Of a stretch of 64,000 nucleotides of DNA, positions 59,049-64,000 are shown in pieces. The stretch lies in contig JBEKDT010000002.1 of NCBI GenBank assembly GCA_050014195.1, positions 192,001 through 256,000 on the forward strand. Reading direction: 5' to 3'. The notes under the pieces are model-generated. The model saw only the letters and a program-made list of their open reading frames with translations. It made no database searches and had not been told where the DNA came from. Numbering within the stretch: the stretch's first letter is position 1; each line of letters opens with the position of its first letter. This stretch comes from Desulfomonilia bacterium (GTDB lineage: Bacteria > Desulfobacterota > Desulfomonilia > UBA1062). The translations under genes and the position numbers were made by a program.

Positions 59049-60503
59049 TCAGCCATCAATCCCCTTCCAGGGGATAATCCCGGCCTTGCGCTTTGCCATC
59101 TCTTCGTACCTGCTCAAGGGCGACTCTGCCAGGATCATCATCTTCTGGGCCTCCATGGAGCCCTCGGCATGCACGGTGATTATCTCGTGGAAGGCCGATT
59201 CGTGAGAGCAGGTCTGCCGCATGGTCTCGTGGATCATCTTCATGCGCTCCAGGGTGCTGTACTTTGCAGAGCCGCCGAGGTAGTGCTCAAGGTAGTCGTG
59301 GAGGTCCGGGTGGTCCCAGTCCTTCTTGTCAGGCGCCGTGCCGATGATTCCCCCGCCGATGTCCTGGATGAGCTCGATGAAGGAGTGATACTTGCTGGCG
59401 AAATGGAGCTTGGCCATGTTGGCGATGAGCGGGTTGGGGACCGCGATGTCGTCGTACATGACAGGGTCCAAGGCCGCCGCATTGGTTAGTGCACGCAGCG
59501 TCTCCACGTAAGCTGCGATGTCGGCGAGCTTGTTCCGTATGTGGCCGACCTTTTCCAGGCCGTTGTACTTGGCCATGGCCACGGCGCAGCCCGCAGCGGT
59601 CTCCACCAGGGGGATCTTGTAGCTGATGGCCGTGAACCTGTGGAAGGTCGCGAATGTGTAGGCGAGCAGCATGGAATGCTGCCACTCGCCGCACATGAAA
59701 ACACGCTCCCAGGGGACAAAGACATTGTCAAAGATGATCATGGCCTCCGTGAGCGTCTTGATGGGGTTGTCCGGGTGGAAATCATGATCCGTCCAGGCTC
59801 CCCTTCCTCCCCTGCATATGAAGGTCACCCCCTTGGTATTGGACGGTATGGCGAAGCTCACCGCATACTCGGATTCGTTCTCGCGCATCTGCCTGGTGGG
59901 GATGACAACGATCTCGTTGACAATGGGACCGCTGGTTATATGCGCCTTTGCGCCCTTGACAATGATGCCGTCCTTGTTCCTGTCCACCACGTGGACATAG
60001 TAGTCCGGGTGCTTCTGGTTCGCCGGCTCCTTGGAACGGTCGCCCTTCACGCAGGTGACGGCGCCGCAGGTAAAGAGGTCTTTTGTTCGCAGATATTCCA
60101 GGAATTTGCGTGCATTGTCCTGGTACTCCTTCTTGCCCATCTTACCGGCCACCACAATGGCGGCATTCAGGCAGTCAGTGCCGATATCGCGGCCGAAGGG
60201 CAGATCGCCAAGCAGTTCGATGGAGCGCCGGATCATCTTGGACCGGTTGATGAGGTCCTCCGTTGTCCGTGGCGTGACATAGAACCTGCTGATGGGCTCC
60301 CCGGTTTCGGGATGCTTTGCGACATAGAGATCCCGTACGGCCGGGTCCTTGGAGGCGCACAACTCATAGCCTCCCCCCACCAGGTCGCAGGTGGGGCCGA
60401 GCACCGGGTGAGTGGTGACATCCTCCACCTTTTCCCCTTGGATGTACACGCGTCTGCCATCACGCAGACTTGCCTTGTATTCGTCTACGGTTCGGATTGC
60501 CAT
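59049..60503 (-). CDS. 4-hydroxybutyryl-CoA dehydratase/4-hydroxyphenylacetate 3-hydroxylase-family flavoprotein
   Basis: Y..SL.DGR.VY..GE.V.DV..HP, KGDRS..P..Q..PD.YV, GAKAHIT, FDNVFVPWERVF, HAEGS. Confidence 0.85.
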   Translation of the reverse strand: MAIRTVDEYKASLRDGRRVYIQGEKVEDVTTHPVLGPTCDLVGGGYELCASKDPAVRDLYVAKHPETGEPISRFYVTPRTTEDLINRSKMIRRSIELLGDLPFGRDIGTDCLNAAIVVAGKMGKKEYQDNARKFLEYLRTKDLFTCGAVTCVKGDRSKEPANQKHPDYYVHVVDRNKDGIIVKGAKAHITSGPIVNEIVVIPTRQMRENESEYAVSFAIPSNTKGVTFICRGGRGAWTDHDFHPDNPIKTLTEAMIIFDNVFVPWERVFMCGEWQHSMLLAYTFATFHRFTAISYKIPLVETAAGCAVAMAKYNGLEKVGHIRNKLADIAAYVETLRALTNAAALDPVMYDDIAVPNPLIANMAKLHFASKYHSFIELIQDIGGGIIGTAPDKKDWDHPDLHDYLEHYLGGSAKYSTLERMKMIHETMRQTCSHESAFHEIITVHAEGSMEAQKMMILAESPLSRYEEMAKRKAGIIPWKGIDG

Positions 60504-60568
60504 GGTGCTTCCTCCTTTGTTGTGTTCCTGTGAAAGGTGTTTTTCACTGAGCCTTCACGCGCTGCTGA

Positions 60569-61432
60569 TCATGAATGCACTTTTAAGAGCGTTTTCTCCA
60601 CCTTATCCATAATTCTCTGAAACGCCATGCCGGCAACACAGCTCATGTCATAGAGCATAAAGGGTTTCCCGTTGTCGGTGTCTTTTACCACAATAGGGTC
60701 GATAGGTATGGCACCGAGGAAAGGAACACCCATCTCATGGGCCGCCCGCTCACCGCCCCCGGCCTTGAACAGGTCTATTGCATGGCCGCAATGGGGGCAG
60801 GAAAATGTGCTCATATTCTCAATGATGCCGAGCATTGTAAGCTTTAATGCCCGTGCAAACTCCACGCTCTTGCGCGAGTCCAGCAGTGCCACATCCTGGG
60901 GTGTGGTCACGATCACGGCATAAGGGGTGTGTTCCGCATGGGCCTGGGAAATGATCTGTGCAATGGAAAGGGGCTCATCGCCGGTGCCCGGAGGGAGGTC
61001 CACGATGAGGAAATCCAGCTCGCCCCAGTTTACATCCTTGAGAAAATGCATCATGATCGAATGCTTCATGGGACCACGCCAGATAATAGGCTGGTCCTGG
61101 TTCTCCAGCAGGTTCCCCACGGAGACCACCTTGAGATTTTTATATGCCTCCACAGGCAGCATGTCCCCGTCTTTATCCCCCTTTAGGGTTTGGTTCTCCA
61201 CACCCAGGATCTTGGGGATGTTGGGACCGTGGATATCACCGTCGAGGATTCCTACGGCATATCCCTTTCTCGCCAGGCCGGCTGCCAGATTCGCGGCCAC
61301 GGTGGATTTGCCCACACCGCCCTTGCCGCTCATGATCATGATGGTATTCTTGATGCGTGAGATCCTCTGCTGAAGCTTCTCCTTCGAATCATCCTTCTTT
61401 TTGGATGAAGGCTTGTCCTTTATCTGGATCAT
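60569..61432 (-). CDS. mrp: Mrp/NBP35 (ApbC) Fe-S carrier ATPase
   Basis: SGKGGVGKST, DIHGP, WRGP, DLPPGTGD, ENMS.F.CPHC. Confidence 0.95.
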   Translation of the reverse strand: MIQIKDKPSSKKKDDSKEKLQQRISRIKNTIMIMSGKGGVGKSTVAANLAAGLARKGYAVGILDGDIHGPNIPKILGVENQTLKGDKDGDMLPVEAYKNLKVVSVGNLLENQDQPIIWRGPMKHSIMMHFLKDVNWGELDFLIVDLPPGTGDEPLSIAQIISQAHAEHTPYAVIVTTPQDVALLDSRKSVEFARALKLTMLGIIENMSTFSCPHCGHAIDLFKAGGGERAAHEMGVPFLGAIPIDPIVVKDTDNGKPFMLYDMSCVAGMAFQRIMDKVEKTLLKVHS

Positions 61433-61572
61433 ATCCCGCCCTGTTGCATGACTGAAGCACGGTAGTGCTTAGCATAAAATCGCTATTTGCTCAAGGACAC
61501 GGGACAATCGGGCATTATCATAAAGGGATGCGTGGACATGAAACATTCCTTAAAACTTTTAAACCTGGAACT

Positions 61573-63138
61573 TCATTTTACTCCAGTAATCCTCACTATC
61601 CTTGCCTCAGGCCGAATCCTGCCCATGGCGGCATAGGCATAATCCCTCACATACCACGACGGGTCGATCCTTACTGTCTTGTCAAGGAGGCTTATCGCCT
61701 GATCGGATCCCATCCTGCCAAGGGCTTGGCATGCCTTGGTCCGCACATTCATCTGAGGGTCCTTCAGGCGAGTCTCAATGTCGGGAAGGAAAGAAGTGTC
61801 CCTGCGCTTACCCGCCTCGATCACGGCATTCAACCGTACCCGCGCACTCGGATCGTTCATGAGCCGTTCAAGGCCCTCCGGGGCCAAGGCCCCGGGATAA
61901 ACGGACAGAGCAATATACCGCATCCGTTCTGAAGGGGATGATGCATAGTCCATGATCCTCTCAGGTTGTGCCTTGAGTTGCGCCGTGAGATATGCCCCAT
62001 GGAACAAGGGCGCAAAGATCGACAGATAGGCAATGACAACCACCATGGCACTGATTCTGCTCCGGGTATACATATGCTCGAGGCCAAGGGCCGACCATGA
62101 CAGCAGGAGTACAATAATGGCGATGAGGGGCCCGGAAAAAAGGAAGAGTCCGATGGCGCCACGCATGTCTTTGTTCGGGTCGATCGCCTTGCCGTACTTC
62201 TCAATGATCCTGTTACCATCATTTGCGGTCAGGCCATCATCCGGCAGCCTGACAGCCCTGCAATTCAAAACGCCCCTGCCCGCCGCAAAGGTCGCCCCGG
62301 CAACCGAGCAGGGGGCTTTTGCCTGAATCCACAGGGTTCCGTGGGGCATATATCCGACACTGCTGCAATCGTCGGATAAGGCGATTACGTTTTGAGATCT
62401 GGCGGAAACGGGCTTGATCACATCGGCTGCCAGAAGCGTGTGTTCATAGTAGAAGTCGCTCAAGGTTCGGGTTATCGGCATAGAGAGCATGGAGTCACGT
62501 ATCGACAAGAAAGATGAGCCGGTTCCCACGAGGATGAGCAGCGGAACAACGATGATTCCGAAAAACACTGCCCAGGCCTTCAGGCTCACGATGCGGCGGC
62601 CTGTCTTCCTGACAATGAGCAGCCATGGCAGGGTGAAGACAATGGGGCCGAGGAGACCAAAACAGATGGATGCCAAAGGGAGCTCAAGGCTGAAACAGAA
62701 GTATGTGCACATAAGGGCTGCTGCTGCAAAAACAAAGAGATCGTTGCGTGTGAAACGGCCCGAGATCCATGCGGGGAGAGTAAGAACCATGCATAGAAAA
62801 GCATTCAGGACACCCAGCGTCAATCCGAAAAACAATGCACTTCCGAGCTGATGCTTCAGCAGCTTCAGATGGACATCATCCGGGCTGATGAGCGGTGTCA
62901 TACCGAACCGTGCCAAAAGGCCCATCTCAGCGGCTATAGAGCGGGTATGCATTCTGACAAAGATAAGTCCGAATGCGGTATAGAAGAGAATGCAGGCAAC
63001 ACTGCCCCAGAAAGACGCTGTGTACCACCTGCCGAAATATCCGGATGCCCCTGCCTGACGCAAGGGGAGAAAGATCACGGGGAAAAGATTTCTTTTACGG
63101 CTGATCGAGGGCTCGGAACCATGTATGAGCTCCTCCAT
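61573..63138 (-). CDS. Membrane protein with C-terminal HEAT-like repeats
   Basis: Several TM helices; repeated L.DP...VR..A..ALG motifs. Confidence 0.75.
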   Translation of the reverse strand: MEELIHGSEPSISRKRNLFPVIFLPLRQAGASGYFGRWYTASFWGSVACILFYTAFGLIFVRMHTRSIAAEMGLLARFGMTPLISPDDVHLKLLKHQLGSALFFGLTLGVLNAFLCMVLTLPAWISGRFTRNDLFVFAAAALMCTYFCFSLELPLASICFGLLGPIVFTLPWLLIVRKTGRRIVSLKAWAVFFGIIVVPLLILVGTGSSFLSIRDSMLSMPITRTLSDFYYEHTLLAADVIKPVSARSQNVIALSDDCSSVGYMPHGTLWIQAKAPCSVAGATFAAGRGVLNCRAVRLPDDGLTANDGNRIIEKYGKAIDPNKDMRGAIGLFLFSGPLIAIIVLLLSWSALGLEHMYTRSRISAMVVVIAYLSIFAPLFHGAYLTAQLKAQPERIMDYASSPSERMRYIALSVYPGALAPEGLERLMNDPSARVRLNAVIEAGKRRDTSFLPDIETRLKDPQMNVRTKACQALGRMGSDQAISLLDKTVRIDPSWYVRDYAYAAMGRIRPEARIVRITGVK

Positions 63139-63157
63139 CGCCGCGTCTACCTCACGA

Positions 63158-63658
63158 TCAGCCTACGGATGCGACTTTGACTTTCTTGTAGGCGCTCAGG
63201 AGACCGGATATCTCTTCAATGGACTTGACGCTTTTCCTTCCCCTGACGGCCTCGACATCGGACCGTGAGGTCCATACATTTTTAAAATTCTTCGAGAGCT
63301 TGGTGAACGCTATGAAATTCGCGACGGCATCATCGCAGACATGGGTAAACCGGCGCTTGTCATGGCTTGCGATGTCCCTGATCTTCTCCACCAGATTCTT
63401 ATCCAGACGCATGACATAGCGTATCCGCTTTTCGGATGTATCGTTCCTTGGGCCCACATATCTCTTCTTTTGGCGAAGAGGTATTCCCCCGCTCAGCTCG
63501 CCCTCCTTCTTGAAGATATAAGCATCCAGGGCGGCACCCACGAAATCTACCATGGCGATGTTCAGCATCCGGGAGATAACCCTGAGCTCACTCAAGTTTA
63601 TCGGTCTAAAGTACATCATAAAACGTGAAGACACCTTATCCTCTTTTGCGCGAATCAC
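63158..63658 (-). CDS. Hypothetical protein with two RHH-like repeats
   Basis: AGGAGG RBS before GTG; two strand-helix-helix segments ending AL..YI and AV..FI. Confidence 0.65.
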   Translation of the reverse strand: MIRAKEDKVSSRFMMYFRPINLSELRVISRMLNIAMVDFVGAALDAYIFKKEGELSGGIPLRQKKRYVGPRNDTSEKRIRYVMRLDKNLVEKIRDIASHDKRRFTHVCDDAVANFIAFTKLSKNFKNVWTSRSDVEAVRGRKSVKSIEEISGLLSAYKKVKVASVG

Positions 63659-63764
63659 AGATGCACCTCCTATTTCTTTCTGATCAAGAAATCTTCTTTT
63701 GAATCGATATCAGGCTCAATGCCCTTGCCATGTTTATGAGATAATTCATCCATATTCTTATACG

Positions 63765-64000
63765 TCAGACTTCCATGATCTCTTTTTCTTTTGCTGCAAG
63801 CAGGTCATCGATCTGTTTAATGTAATTGTCGGTAAGGTCCTGTACCCTATCCTGCGCCGACTTGAGATCGTCTTTGTTGATCTCCTTCTCCTTCTCAAGG
63901 TCTTTCAAGAGGGCATTGGCATCGCGGCGATGGTTGCGGATCTCTACGCGGAATTCCTCGGCTGTTTTCTTAATCATCTTCACGAGGTCCCTTCTTCTCT
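63765..64000 (-). CDS. frr: Ribosome recycling factor (3' part; start outside window)
   Basis: [14 protein letters not shown]...K.K.I..D....[20 protein letters not shown]. Confidence 0.95.
   Translation of the reverse strand, partial: RRRDLVKMIKKTAEEFRVEIRNHRRDANALLKDLEKEKEINKDDLKSAQDRVQDLTDNYIKQIDDLLAAKEKEIMEV

Noticed and set aside
57998-60533. Long + strand ORFs 57998-59077 and 59541-60533 (similarly 47722-48633 and 24360-25205)
   Set aside because: Antisense shadows of well-supported genes with GC-rich third codon positions; no recognisable motifs.
1-64000. CRISPR array, tRNA or rRNA genes
   Set aside because: No regularly spaced repeat-spacer units or cloverleaf/rRNA signatures seen by eye; the 41-bp periodic boxes are too short and sit in promoters.

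Overview
A 64-kb, gene-dense chromosomal segment (about 50-55% GC by eye, with lower-GC patches), most consistent with an anaerobic Desulfobacterota/deltaproteobacterium-like organism. It contains housekeeping and metabolic genes: mscS, ldh, metB-like, hypAB, dapL, dapF, guaA, glmM, a polar amino-acid ABC transporter, cydAB, an acyl-CoA operon, mrp and the 3' end of frr. I found no rRNA, tRNA, CRISPR array, integrase or transposase. The most striking unexplained structure is a cassette present twice (about 16.2-17.0 kb and 32.45-33.24 kb). Each copy has three TGNCA-N3-TGNCA boxes at exact 41-bp intervals, an IHF-like site and a sigma54 -24/-12 promoter. These drive three tiny membrane proteins: a 58-aa hairpin with an ATP-synthase-c-like helix, an AtpZ/gene1-like protein, and an unannotated 32-35-aa peptide. 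Other notable items are a standalone PrdB/GrdB-like selenoprotein (UGA read-through plus SECIS), a cydAB-ino1-TIM barrel-ubiE-methyltransferase operon with a nearby UbiA/cytochrome b5 pair, and an alkyl-DHAP-synthase-like/GlpD operon with a FadR operator. Also present are a Cys-less thiolase/DUF35 pair, an AbfD-like protein lacking Fe-S ligands, GTAG REP doublets and a fadD remnant. All family calls come from motif recognition by eye; no database searches were run.
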